DNA from: Adlercreutzia sp. ZJ176
Lineage (GTDB): Bacteria > Actinomycetota > Coriobacteriia > Coriobacteriales > Eggerthellaceae
Direction: 5' to 3'
DNA length: 64,000 nt
NCBI RefSeq assembly: GCF_011038975.1
Contig: NZ_JAAKEC010000015.1
Location: 18,501-82,500, forward strand
A program made the position numbers and the translations under genes. Numbering within the stretch: the stretch's first letter is position 1; the number at the start of each line of letters is the position of its first letter. Of this stretch, positions 10,920 to 21,162 are shown piece after piece. Under the pieces are notes generated by a model that was not told the origin of the DNA, did no database searches, and saw only the letters and a program-made list of their open reading frames with translations.

Positions 10920-11150
10920 GGCTGGATCCTTAGGGCCCAGAGGATCGTGCGTCGAAATCACCGACAACGCCCCCTTTGCATCCACGGTTCTGAAAAGCTG
11001 ACTGGAGAACGCCCGTTGTCGGTGCTCTGGGCCCCTAAAACCACCGACAACGCGCATTCTCCAGCCACTTTTCTCAAAAAACCACCGATAACGGCCTCGT
11101 TTCATCCAGAATCGCCTGAGGGGTGGATGGAAAAGCACCGTTGTCGGTAA
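10920..11150. repeat. Composite hairpin repeat element, copy 1 (same family as 46060-46270)
   Basis: Nested inverted repeats caccgacaacg...cgttgtcggtg. The block aaaaccaccgataacggcctcgtttcatccagaatcgcc(t/a)a(g/a)gggtggatggaaaa is nearly identical in both copies. It is intergenic. Confidence 0.6.
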
Positions 11151-11367
11151 CGCCGTCGGCGACCAGCGTGCGGAGCGGGAGGAGCCGGTAAGGCAGCAGG
11201 AACCGGTAAGTCAACGCGAGCCGGCAAGGGCCGTTTCGCCTATAATGGCCGAAACGGCTTGCATCCCCTGCGGCAGGTGGCTCCGAAAGGCGGTGACGGC
11301 ATGGCATTGTCTCGCTACACGCTCATTTCGGCACCTCGCCAAGGGTACACCCTCGGGCAGCGGCTTT

Positions 11368-11398
11368 GCGCCCCGTCGCTCCCTGTGGGGCGCTTTTT
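11368..11398 (+). terminator. Intrinsic terminator/attenuator hairpin inside the 5' leader of the amidinotransferase gene
   Basis: gcgcccc gtcgctccctgt ggggcgc followed by ttttt. It lies ~85 nt upstream of the start codon and downstream of a tataat box at ~11243. Confidence 0.5.
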
Positions 11399-11482
11399 CC
11401 CTGTGACGTGGCGGTTTGTTAATGCACTCTACGGCAAAAGGTGGTATAACGTCGGAGGCTAGTAAAATGAAAGGAGATTTTC

Positions 11483-12631
11483 ATGGCGAAAATCGTTAAT
11501 TCCTGGAATGACTGGGATCCGCTGAAGCACGTGATCGTCGGCCGTTGCGACAACGGCATGATCCCGCCCGAGGAGCCCGCGACTTCCGAGAAGGTTCCGG
11601 TCGACTCCGACATGCGCGGCATGTGGGGCCTGCGCCCGCTGCGCACGGTGGAGAAGGGCAACGAGGCCCTCGACCGCCTGGTGAAGATCCTCGAGGACCG
11701 CGGCATCAAGGTCGACCGCCCGACGCCGCTGCAGTGGAACCAGAAGATCGCCACGCCCGACTTCACGAACGACTCCATGATGGGCTGCATGCCGCCGCGT
11801 GACGTGCTGCTCACCATCGGCAACGAGATCATGGCTGCCGCGCAGTCCTTCCGCTGCCGCTACTTCGAGTACCTGGCGTACTGGCCGCTGATGGAGAAGT
11901 ACTTCGAGGAGGATCCCGAGTTCAAGTGGACCCAGGCTCCGCGTCCTCGCCTGACTGACAAGTCCTACAAGCACAACTACTACGACGAGTCCATCACGCT
12001 CGAGGAGCGCCTGGTGCGCACCGCCAACAAGGACTTCGTGACCACAGAGGTCGAGCCGATGTGGGACGCCGCCGACTGGATGCGCATGGGCAAGGACATC
12101 TTCGTCCAGCACGGCCTGACCACCAACCGCGCCGCCATGGACTGGATGCAGCGCTACCATCCCGAGCTGCGCATCCACGCCGTGAACTTCCCCGGCGACC
12201 CGTACCCCATCCACATCGACGCCACCTTCGTGCCGCTGCGTCCGGGCCTGATCATCAACAACCCGGTGCGCCCGCTGCCCGAAGAGCAGCGCGCCATCTT
12301 CGAGGCGAACGACTGGCAGATCGTCGAGGCGGCCAAGCCGGCTCACACCGAGCCGCCCGAGCTCTGCTACAGCTCCGTGTGGCTGTCCATGAACTGCCTG
12401 GTCCTCGACCCGAAGACGGTCGTCGTGGAGGCTTCCGAGGTCTACCAGATGGAGCAGATGGACAAGCTCGGCATGAACGTCATCCCCTGTGACCTGCGCG
12501 ACGCCTACCCGTTCGGCGGCGGCCTGCACTGCTGCACCGCTGACGTCTACCGCGAGGGCGGCTGCGAGGACTACTTCCCGAACCGCGTCAAGGACACCAC
12601 GCTCGTGCGTCCGGAGATGTGGAACGACTAG
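11483..12631 (+). CDS. Amidinotransferase, close homolog of L-arginine:glycine amidinotransferase (AGAT/StrB1 family)
   Basis: NSWNDWDPLKHVIVGRCDNGMIPP, TPDFTNDSMMGCMPPRDVLLTIGNEIMAAAQSFRCRYFEYLAY and FVTTEVEPMWDAADWMRMGKDIF align motif-for-motif with vertebrate AGAT and Streptomyces StrB1. The C-terminus GGGLHCCTADVYREG carries the catalytic Cys motif GGG(F/L)HC. Confidence 0.85.
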   Translation: MAKIVNSWNDWDPLKHVIVGRCDNGMIPPEEPATSEKVPVDSDMRGMWGLRPLRTVEKGNEALDRLVKILEDRGIKVDRPTPLQWNQKIATPDFTNDSMMGCMPPRDVLLTIGNEIMAAAQSFRCRYFEYLAYWPLMEKYFEEDPEFKWTQAPRPRLTDKSYKHNYYDESITLEERLVRTANKDFVTTEVEPMWDAADWMRMGKDIFVQHGLTTNRAAMDWMQRYHPELRIHAVNFPGDPYPIHIDATFVPLRPGLIINNPVRPLPEEQRAIFEANDWQIVEAAKPAHTEPPELCYSSVWLSMNCLVLDPKTVVVEASEVYQMEQMDKLGMNVIPCDLRDAYPFGGGLHCCTADVYREGGCEDYFPNRVKDTTLVRPEMWND

Positions 12632-12736
12632 CCTTGTTTCGCTCGCCCTGGCGGGATGAGCGGGTTGCTCGGCGCTGCGGGAGCCCTCGCTGACGTTGCG
12701 AGCGGCCTGCGAGCTTGCCGAGGGTTTGCTATGATG

Positions 12737-12771
12737 AGCTGGCACGCAGCTGAGCTGCGTGCCAGCTTTTT
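12737..12771 (+). terminator. Rho-independent terminator after the amidinotransferase gene
   Basis: agctggcacgcagc tga gctgcgtgccagc followed by tttttg. Confidence 0.7.
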
Positions 12772-12791
12772 GATGCGCGGGAAGGGGTTTC

Positions 12792-13823
12792 GTGGGCGGT
12801 GACGGCGGCAAGAGCGACGGCGGCAAGGGCAACGACGGCTTTCAGATGGACAAGCGGCGCGGCGTCATCGCGCTGCTCGTGGCCACGACGGGCATGGGCC
12901 TGTCGGGGCTGCTCAACCGCGGTTCCACGCGCGTCGACTTCTTCGGCGGCGAGCTCGTGGCGGGCGAGTCCATCGGCGCGTTCATGACGGTCGGCCGCAT
13001 GGGCATGGGGCTCGTGCTCTTCGCCATTCTGCTCGTGCTCACGCACAAGACGGCCCTCTTCCGCCGCACGCGGATTTCGCCCGCCATCGTGCTCGGCGGG
13101 CTCTCCGTGGGCGTGTCGTTCGCGTTCTACCTGGTGAGTGCGCTGCTTACCTCGCTCGCCAACGCGGTGTTCCTCATCTACACGGGGCCTTTGTTCTGTA
13201 CGCTGCTCGCGCGCGCGTTCCGCAAGGAGCCCATCAGCCGCTTCCAGGGGCTGTGCCTCGGCGCGGTGTTCGCGGGCATGCTGCTCACCTCGGGCGTCGT
13301 CTCGGTAGGGTCGGGCGGCGTGAGCGTGGGCTTCTCCCTGGGCGCCTCCACGCCGGAGTTCCCCCAGAAGGGCCTCGGCGACGCGCTCGGCCTCCTGTCA
13401 GGCGTGTTCTACGGGCTGTCGCTGTTCTTCAACGGCTACCGCAAGGACTGCGACTCCACGGTGCGCGGCGTGTGGAACTTCCTGTTCGCGACGGTAGGGT
13501 CGCTTGCCGTCGCGTGCGCCATGTGCGCGGCGTGGCCGCTCGGCGAGGTGGCGATGACCCCTGCGAACTGGGGGTTCGCCCTGGCGCTCTGGATTATCTG
13601 CGGGCCCGTGGGCCTCGGCTTTCTGCTCGTGGCGGGGCGCAACCTGCCGGCCGTGGAGTACTCCACCATCTCGTACTGGGAGTGCGTCGTGTCGCTTCTG
13701 ACCAGCGTGCTCGTGTTCCACGAGGCCATGACGGCGGGTACCGTGATCGGCGGCGCGCTCATCATGCTCGGCGGCGCGCTGCCCGCCTTCCAGGCGCTGC
13801 GCGGCTCGGCGGCCCGCCCCTGA
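12792..13823 (+). CDS. EamA/DMT-family transporter
   Basis: 10-TM hydrophobic profile with EamA-like repeats. Start uncertain: the GTG at 12792 has a GGAAGGGG RBS; an alternative ATG at 12846 (MDKRRG) has no RBS. Confidence 0.65.
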   Translation: MGGDGGKSDGGKGNDGFQMDKRRGVIALLVATTGMGLSGLLNRGSTRVDFFGGELVAGESIGAFMTVGRMGMGLVLFAILLVLTHKTALFRRTRISPAIVLGGLSVGVSFAFYLVSALLTSLANAVFLIYTGPLFCTLLARAFRKEPISRFQGLCLGAVFAGMLLTSGVVSVGSGGVSVGFSLGASTPEFPQKGLGDALGLLSGVFYGLSLFFNGYRKDCDSTVRGVWNFLFATVGSLAVACAMCAAWPLGEVAMTPANWGFALALWIICGPVGLGFLLVAGRNLPAVEYSTISYWECVVSLLTSVLVFHEAMTAGTVIGGALIMLGGALPAFQALRGSAARP

Positions 13824-14276
13824 CCTGCCGCCCGGGTCCCGCGCGGCCCGCCAGCTGCCGCCCGGGCTCTGCGCAAGCCCTGCCGGATCGACTCTGTCCC
13901 TCCCCTGACGTATACGCGGCTCGTCGCTCGCCCGCTGACCTGCCGCTCGCCCGCTGTAAAGCGCCGTTAACCCGTTATTTCCCCCCGCATCCTCCCTCGT
14001 GAGGGGCGTGTAAAGCGCTGTTGAAAGGCGGGTATGATACGGTATTCGTGTAGAAGAGTCCGCGCAGGGGGCGGGCTAACAGGTAGTCAGCAGATCGATG
14101 TGAGCGCGGCGGAAGGCTCGTCGTGCATTGGGCTGATTCTTCAGCTTGCGGGATCCAGCGATTCGTAGACTGGTTGGTTGGCTTCCTCTTGCCGAAGCTC
14201 GAGATGGTGCGTGAGGCGCGCCGCGTGACGCGGCCGCTTGCGCGCGCCGTGAGGCAACAGGGAAGGGAAGCGGTTC

Positions 14277-15623
14277 ATGAGCGAGAGCACCAAGGCTGCC
14301 CCAACGGCGGCCTATACTGCCGACGAACAGCAGAAGACCCTCAAGAAGGTGGTCTTCTCCTCGTTCTTGGGAAACTTTATCGAATGGTTCGACTACGCGA
14401 GCTACTCATACCTCGCGACGGTCATAGCGTTGGTGTTCTTCCCCGACGCGGACAAGACCGTCGCCGTCATGAGCACGTTCGGCGTGTTCGCGCTGTCGTT
14501 TCTGGTGCGCCCCGTCGGCGCCATCTTCTGGGGCAACATGGGCGACAAGAAGGGGCGCAAGTGGGCGCTGTCCATCTCGATCCTGCTCATGAGCGGCGCG
14601 ACGTTCCTCATCGGGTGCCTGCCGGGCTACGCCGTGCTCGGCGTCGGCGCGCCGCTGCTGCTTCTGCTGCTGCGCATGCTGCAGAGCTTCTCGGCCTCGG
14701 GCGAGTACGCTGGCGCGGCCACGTTCATCGCCGAGTACGCGCCGAAGAACCACCGCGGCTTCTACTGCTCCATGGTGCCGGCCTCCACGGCAGCGGGCCT
14801 GCTCATCGGCTCGATGTTCGCCACGTTCATGTTCAACACCTGGGGCGCCGACTCGTCGTTCGTGATCGAGTGGGGCTGGCGCATCCCGTTTCTGCTGGCG
14901 CTGCCCCTCGGCTACATCACGCACTACATCCGCACGCACCTGGAGGACTCGCCGGTGTACGCCGAGATGCAGCGCAAGCTCGAGTACACGGGCAACCCGC
15001 CTGAGAAGCAGCCCATCCGCACGCTGCTCACCAAGCACTTCAAGGTGCTCATCATCTCGTTCGGCGCGTGCGTCCTCAACGCCGTGGGCTTCTACGCCGT
15101 GCTCACCTACCTGCCGAACTACCTGGAGACCACGCTCAGCTACGACGCGAGCGCGGCATCGACCATCACCACCATCGTGCTCGTGGTCTACATCGCGTTC
15201 ATCTTCCTGTCAGGGCGCGTGTCCGACCGCTTCGGCCGCAAGAGGATGCTCATCATCGCGTGCGTGGGCTTCATCGTGTGCACCATCCCGGCGTTCATGC
15301 TGCTCGGCACGCTCGACTTCACGGTTATCCTGGTGGTGGAGCTTCTGATGTGCCTCATCCTCACCATCAACGACGGCACGCTGGCGAGCTACCTCACCGA
15401 GACGTTCCCCACCGAGGTGCGCTACTCGGGCTTCGCGCTGAGCTTCAACCTGGCCAACGCCATCTTCGGCGGCTCGGCGTCCTACGTCTCGTTCTGGTTG
15501 ATCTCGATGACGGGCAGCGACATCGCGCCCGCGTTCTACATGGTGTTCATCGCGGCGATCGCGCTGGTGGCCATGGTCGCCTCGCACGAGCACACGAACA
15601 AGGACCTCTCCGAGGTGCGGTAG
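14277..15623 (+). CDS. MFS transporter, metabolite:H+ symporter (MHS/ProP-like) family
   Basis: FLGNFIEWFDYASYSYLA...RPVGAIFWGNMGDKKGRK is the MHS family signature. 12 TM segments. A strong RBS (GGGAAGGGAAG) precedes the ATG. Confidence 0.85.
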   Translation: MSESTKAAPTAAYTADEQQKTLKKVVFSSFLGNFIEWFDYASYSYLATVIALVFFPDADKTVAVMSTFGVFALSFLVRPVGAIFWGNMGDKKGRKWALSISILLMSGATFLIGCLPGYAVLGVGAPLLLLLLRMLQSFSASGEYAGAATFIAEYAPKNHRGFYCSMVPASTAAGLLIGSMFATFMFNTWGADSSFVIEWGWRIPFLLALPLGYITHYIRTHLEDSPVYAEMQRKLEYTGNPPEKQPIRTLLTKHFKVLIISFGACVLNAVGFYAVLTYLPNYLETTLSYDASAASTITTIVLVVYIAFIFLSGRVSDRFGRKRMLIIACVGFIVCTIPAFMLLGTLDFTVILVVELLMCLILTINDGTLASYLTETFPTEVRYSGFALSFNLANAIFGGSASYVSFWLISMTGSDIAPAFYMVFIAAIALVAMVASHEHTNKDLSEVR

Positions 15624-15848
15624 GCGCGCGCTGGCGCCCCGCTGCGCGACTGTGAGGCGCCTGGCGTGGCTGGGGGCTTTCGCGTTCGCTGGCTTCGCTG
15701 GGGGCTTTCGCGTGCGTCGCTGGCGTGGCTGGAGGCTTGGCACGTGCGTTGGCGTGGCCGGAGGCTTGGCGCGCGTCGGCTTGCGCGCGGCGTCTCTCGC
15801 TTCGCTCCGATGTCCTGCTGTGCGTTTTCCCTGAGCCCTCCCGTCTGA

Positions 15849-16694
<846 letters not shown>

Positions 16695-16775
16695 CCGATC
16701 ATCTGACTGACAGCATGCGCGCCGCAGGGCCTGAAGGCGCGGCGCGCCCTTTGAAGAACAGGGGAAGGTGGCATC

Positions 16776-17339
16776 ATGGCCGACATTGACGAGATCATGC
16801 TTCAAGTTGAGGAGCGCATGGAGAAGGCGATCAGCGCGCTGGGCGACAACTTCGCTTCCGTCCGCACGGGCCGCGCGAGCGCCCTTCTGCTCGACCGCAT
16901 CAAAGTTGACTACTACGGCGTGCCCACGCCCATCAACCAGATGGCCGGCGTCAAGACGCCCGAGGCGCACCTGCTGGTGGTCGAGCCGTGGGACAAGTCG
17001 ATGCTGCGCGCCATCGAGCACGCCATCCTCGAGAGCGACCTGGGCGTGACGCCCAACAACGACGGCTCGGTCATCCGCCTGCCCTTCCCGGCGCTCACCG
17101 AGGAGCGCCGCCGCGAGCTGGTCAAGCAGTGCCGCACCTTCGCGGAGGAGGCGCGCGTGGCCGTGCGCAACGCCCGCCGCGACGCGAACACCGCCATCGA
17201 CAAGGCGCAGAAGAACGACAACCTGCCCGAGGACGAGGCCAAGCGCGCCGAGGCCGAGGTGCAGAAGACCACCGACAAGTTCGTCGCCGAGGTCGACGTC
17301 TTGCTGAAGAAGAAGGAAGCCGAGGTCATGGAGATCTAG
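16776..17339 (+). CDS. frr: Ribosome recycling factor
   Basis: 187 aa. IKVDYYGVPTPINQMAGVKTPEAHLLVVEPWDKSMLRAIEHAI is the canonical RRF pattern. Confidence 0.9.
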   Translation: MADIDEIMLQVEERMEKAISALGDNFASVRTGRASALLLDRIKVDYYGVPTPINQMAGVKTPEAHLLVVEPWDKSMLRAIEHAILESDLGVTPNNDGSVIRLPFPALTEERRRELVKQCRTFAEEARVAVRNARRDANTAIDKAQKNDNLPEDEAKRAEAEVQKTTDKFVAEVDVLLKKKEAEVMEI

Positions 17340-17591
17340 GGGGTTCCGCCGTTGCTGCGCAACGGCGGAACCGGCCGACGCTGCGAAGCGCTCGGGCACC
17401 CCGCCTTGCCGCTCCAAGCATTCGTCGCGTACCGAGGTACGCTTTCTCATGCTTTCGCGGCAATGCGGGGCACCGGAGCGCTTCTCGCTGACGTTATGGA
17501 CGACCAGGACTCTCTGGCCTGCTGTGGATGCGCAACGGCGGAACGGGCCGCGATCCCGTCCCCTCTGACACCTTGAGGTGGTGATGGTGCT

Positions 17592-18371
17592 GTGAACAGG
17601 ACGCTCGACTACATATTCCCCAACCCGCCTGCCGGGCTTGACCCGGCGGCGCTTGACTGCGCGAACATCCCCGAGCACGTCGCCGTCATCATGGACGGCA
17701 ACGGGCGCTGGGCGAAGAAGCGCGCGCTCAATCGCCTGCGCGGGCACAAGGCGGGCATCGAGGCGGTGCGCGAGACGATTCGCTGCGCATCTGACCTGGG
17801 AGTTCGCTACCTCACCATCTACTCGTTCTCCACGGAGAACTGGAGGCGGCCCCAAGACGAGGTCATCGGCCTCATGGACCTGTTCGCCAAGACCATGCTC
17901 GCCGAGGTCGACGGCCTGCACGAGGAGCACGTGCGCGTGATGACCATCGGCGACATGGCGGCGCTGCCCGACGAGACGCGCGCGGCCTTCGACGAGGCGT
18001 GGGAGAAGACGAAGGGCGACGACGGCATGACGCTCGTGGTGGCCGTGAACTACGGCTCGCGCCAGGAGATGCTGCACGCCGCGCAGGCGTGCGCCCAGCA
18101 TGCCGTCGACGTGGCGCGCGAGACGGGCGAGGTGCCCGCCATCACCGAGGAGCTGTTCGAGCGCGGCCTGCACACCGCCGGCATCCCCGACCCCGAGCTG
18201 CTCATCCGCACGTCGGGCGAGATGCGCGTGTCGAACTTCCTGCTGTGGCAGATCGCCTACTCCGAGTTCGTGTGCACCGACGTGCTGTGGCCCGACTTCG
18301 ACCGCTACGAGCTTCTGCGCTGCCTGCTGGAGTACCAGCGGCGCGACCGCCGCTTCGGGGGAGTCAAGTGA
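17592..18371 (+). CDS. uppS: Isoprenyl transferase / undecaprenyl-diphosphate synthase
   Basis: HVAVIMDGNGRWAKKRALNRLRGHKAG...YLTIYSFSTENWRRPQDEV...SGEMRVSNFLLWQIAYSE. Confidence 0.9.
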   Translation: MNRTLDYIFPNPPAGLDPAALDCANIPEHVAVIMDGNGRWAKKRALNRLRGHKAGIEAVRETIRCASDLGVRYLTIYSFSTENWRRPQDEVIGLMDLFAKTMLAEVDGLHEEHVRVMTIGDMAALPDETRAAFDEAWEKTKGDDGMTLVVAVNYGSRQEMLHAAQACAQHAVDVARETGEVPAITEELFERGLHTAGIPDPELLIRTSGEMRVSNFLLWQIAYSEFVCTDVLWPDFDRYELLRCLLEYQRRDRRFGGVK

Positions 18372-19531
18372 GGGACTCCGAGGCGAAAGACCAGCTCACC
18401 GAGAAGCAGCGGGAGGCGCGCGCCCGCCTGCGCGCGCGCACGGCGTGCTTGCGCGAGCAGGCGTCGTCCGACCTGCCGCCCTTCTCCACGCGTCCGACCA
18501 CGAAGGATCTGGTCGAGCTCGACGAAGGCGCGTCCGCGCAGGTCTCCCCCTCTGACGCTCCCGGCGCCGTTCCCGACGGCCCGCCCTGGCGCTACGGCAT
18601 GACGCCGGAGGAACGCGCCGAGCTGCTCGAGCGCAAGGGGCACCGCGCCGAGAAGCGCCAGAAGATCAAGGAGGCCGCGCTCGAGAAGACGCCCGAGAAG
18701 CTGAAGAACCCCTCGGGCTTCCAGGTGCGCTTCCGCACGGGCGCGGTGTACACGGTCGTCACCGTGACCTGCGTGCTGGCGGGCGATCTGCCCATGCTGT
18801 GCATGCTCATGGTGATGGCGGGCATCTGCGCGGGCGAGTTCTACTACATGCTGCGCTCCGACGCGAAGCTGCCCAACGAGATGCTCGGCATCATCGCGGC
18901 GGTGCTCTACCCGCTGAGCGTGTACTTCTACGGGCTCGCGGGCGCCCTGATCGTGAGCCTCGGGCTGCTTCTGGCGCTTCTGGTCTGGTACGTGTTCTGG
19001 ATGCGCGCGCGCATCCCCGACGTGGGCGTGAGCTTCTTCGGCGCGGCGTACACGGGCCTTCTGCTGTGCGGGCTGGTCATCATACGCCAGGCGCTCGGCG
19101 ACCCGTGGGGCGGCGTGGCGGTGCTGCTGCTGTTCGTGAGCGTGTGGGCCAACGACGCGTTCGCCTACCTGGTGGGCAGCAAGATCGGCAAGCACAAGCT
19201 GGCGCCGCGCACCAGCCCGAAGAAGAGCTGGGAGGGGTTCATCGCGGGCCTGGTCGGCTCGGTGGCGCTCTGGTGCGCGCTGTCGCTGGTGCCGGGCATC
19301 ACCATGCCCATTCCCCTGGCCATGGTGTTCGGCCTCGTCTGCGGCCTCATGGAGGTGCTGGGCGATCTGGCTGAGAGCCGCATCAAGCGCAACTCGGGGT
19401 TCAAGGACTCGGGGACCATCATGCCGGGGCACGGGGGCCTGCTCGACCGCTGCGACTCCATCTTCCTGGCGTCCATCACCGCATCCATCCTGCTCATCGC
19501 GGGCGGGTGCATACCGTATTCGGTGTTCTAG
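18368..19531 (+). CDS. cdsA: Phosphatidate cytidylyltransferase (CDP-diglyceride synthase) with ~75-aa charged N-terminal extension
   Basis: C-terminal CdsA core (WANDAFAYLVGSKIGKHKLAPRTSPKKSWEGFIAGL...GDLAESRIKRNSGFKDSGTIMPGHGGLLDRCDS). The GTG at 18368 overlaps the uppS stop (gTGA) and has a GGGGGAG RBS. An alternative ATG at 18599 has no RBS. Confidence 0.75.
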   Translation: MRDSEAKDQLTEKQREARARLRARTACLREQASSDLPPFSTRPTTKDLVELDEGASAQVSPSDAPGAVPDGPPWRYGMTPEERAELLERKGHRAEKRQKIKEAALEKTPEKLKNPSGFQVRFRTGAVYTVVTVTCVLAGDLPMLCMLMVMAGICAGEFYYMLRSDAKLPNEMLGIIAAVLYPLSVYFYGLAGALIVSLGLLLALLVWYVFWMRARIPDVGVSFFGAAYTGLLLCGLVIIRQALGDPWGGVAVLLLFVSVWANDAFAYLVGSKIGKHKLAPRTSPKKSWEGFIAGLVGSVALWCALSLVPGITMPIPLAMVFGLVCGLMEVLGDLAESRIKRNSGFKDSGTIMPGHGGLLDRCDSIFLASITASILLIAGGCIPYSVF

Positions 19532-19588
19532 CGTTTCGTCGGCGCCGCGGGCGGGTCATGCCGCCTGCGGCGCGCTGCTTTCGGAGGG

Positions 19589-20830
19589 ATGACATTGGCT
19601 AAGAAGCGCGTTGTTGTTTTGGGATCGACGGGGTCCATCGGCACGCAGACGCTCGACGTGGTGCGCCGACATGCCGACAAGCTCGAGGTCGTGGCGCTGG
19701 CGGTCGGCGCGCGCGCGGACGAGCTGCTCGCGCAGGCGCGCGCGTTCGGCGTGCGGCATCTGGCCGTGGGGCGCGAGGAGGTGGCGGGCCTGCCCGTGGC
19801 CGACGACCTGCGCGCGCAGGCGCACGGCGGCGAAGGCGAAGGCTCGCTTGCGTTCGGGCCCGAGGGCGTGGCGGCGCTCGCGCACCTGCCCGAGGCCGAC
19901 GTCGTGGTGAACGCGCTGGTGGGAGCTGCCGGCTTGCGCGCGAGCTTCGAGGCGCTCAGCGCGGGCAAGGTGCTCGCGCTCGCCAACAAGGAGTCGCTCG
20001 TGGTGGGGGGCGACCTCATCATGCCGCTGGCGGCGCGCGTCGACGAGCAGCGCCGCGCGCGCGGCATGGCCCCGAAGACGGGCCCCGCGGGCGCGCTCAT
20101 GCCGATCGACTCCGAGCACGGCGCCATCTACCAGTGCCTTCTGGGCGAGGACGAGCGCGAGGTGTCGCGCCTGTGGGTGACGGCCTCGGGCGGTCCCTTC
20201 CGCGGGAGGAAGCGCTCTGAGCTCGAGGGCATCACGCCCGCGCAGGCGCTCGCGCATCCCACGTGGAACATGGGAGCCAAGATCTCCATCGACTCCTCGA
20301 CGCTCATGAACAAGGGCCTCGAGGTCATCGAGGCACACCACCTGTTCGCCATGCCCTACGACAAGATCGAGGTGGTGGTGCAGCCGCAGAGCGCCATCCA
20401 CTCCATGGTCGAGTACTCGGACGGCAGCGTGAAGGCGCACCTCGGCACCACCGACATGCGCATCCCCATCCAGTTCGCGCTCTCGTATCCCGAGCGCTGG
20501 AGCGCGCCGGTGGCCCCGCTCGACTTCCGCACGCTCGGCTCGCTCGAGTTCGCCGCGCCCGACACGGAGACGTTCCGCTGCCTGGCGCTCGCCCGCGAGG
20601 CGGGGCGCACGGGGGGCACGCTGCCGTGCGTCATGAACGCTGCGAACGAGGTGGCCGTGGCGGCGTTTCTGGCCGAGGAGGGAACCTACCTCGGCATCGC
20701 CGCATGCGTGGAGGCCGTCATGGAGGCCCATGCGGCCGAAGGCGTCCAGCAGGTGGAGAGCCTCGGCCAGCTCGAGGAGGTCGACGCCTGGGCGAGGGCG
20801 AAGGCCCGCGCCTGGGTCAAGGCCCGCTAG
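19589..20830 (+). CDS. dxr: 1-deoxy-D-xylulose 5-phosphate reductoisomerase
   Basis: KRVVVLGSTGSIGTQTLDVV...LANKESLV...PIDSEHGAIYQCL...VTASGGPFRG...HPTWNMGAKISIDSSTLMNKGLEVIEAHHLF. The start could instead be the TTG at 19596. Confidence 0.9.
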   Translation: MTLAKKRVVVLGSTGSIGTQTLDVVRRHADKLEVVALAVGARADELLAQARAFGVRHLAVGREEVAGLPVADDLRAQAHGGEGEGSLAFGPEGVAALAHLPEADVVVNALVGAAGLRASFEALSAGKVLALANKESLVVGGDLIMPLAARVDEQRRARGMAPKTGPAGALMPIDSEHGAIYQCLLGEDEREVSRLWVTASGGPFRGRKRSELEGITPAQALAHPTWNMGAKISIDSSTLMNKGLEVIEAHHLFAMPYDKIEVVVQPQSAIHSMVEYSDGSVKAHLGTTDMRIPIQFALSYPERWSAPVAPLDFRTLGSLEFAAPDTETFRCLALAREAGRTGGTLPCVMNAANEVAVAAFLAEEGTYLGIAACVEAVMEAHAAEGVQQVESLGQLEEVDAWARAKARAWVKAR

Positions 20831-21162
20831 GCGTCATCGTCGGCGTTCTCGGCCCCCTCGCTCTCGAGGAGGCCGAGCTCATCCTCCACTGCGCAGCGGA
20901 GGAACTCAGAACGCGAGCATCCTTGCCCCTTGACGGCTTCGTCAACGCGCTTCAACTGGGATTTTCCGATCTTGAAGGTAACGCTGACGAGCTCGTCGTC
21001 TTCAAAGAGGGGAGGCCGACCGTAGCGGACAGTGACGGACTTGGCTTCGGGCCACTCCCCGCGGTCGTAAGCGTCGGCATCGCGCTTGAGCTGCTCGATT
21101 TCCTCTCGCGTCATGCCGAGTTTCTCCACGAGGTCCTTGTCGGTCAGTACGACGGCTTCCAT
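20827..21162 (-). CDS. Ribbon-helix-helix (CopG/BrnA-like) antitoxin
   Basis: The C-terminal region SVTFKIGKSQLKRVDEAVKGQGCSRSEFLRCAVEDEL is an RHH fold. The gene overlaps the upstream toxin gene and is convergent with the dxr 3' end. Confidence 0.6.
   Translation of the reverse strand: MEAVVLTDKDLVEKLGMTREEIEQLKRDADAYDRGEWPEAKSVTVRYGRPPLFEDDELVSVTFKIGKSQLKRVDEAVKGQGCSRSEFLRCAVEDELGLLESEGAENADDDA

Noticed and set aside
10845-11150. 101-aa ORF and the similar 143-aa ORF at 46059-46490
   Set aside because: Their shared peptide similarity comes from the shared DNA repeat element, not from a conserved protein. Both are intergenic with no RBS.
11259-11462. 67-aa ORF in the amidinotransferase leader
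   Set aside because: It may be a regulatory uORF, but it overlaps the terminator hairpin and has no RBS. It is treated as part of the leader rather than as a gene.
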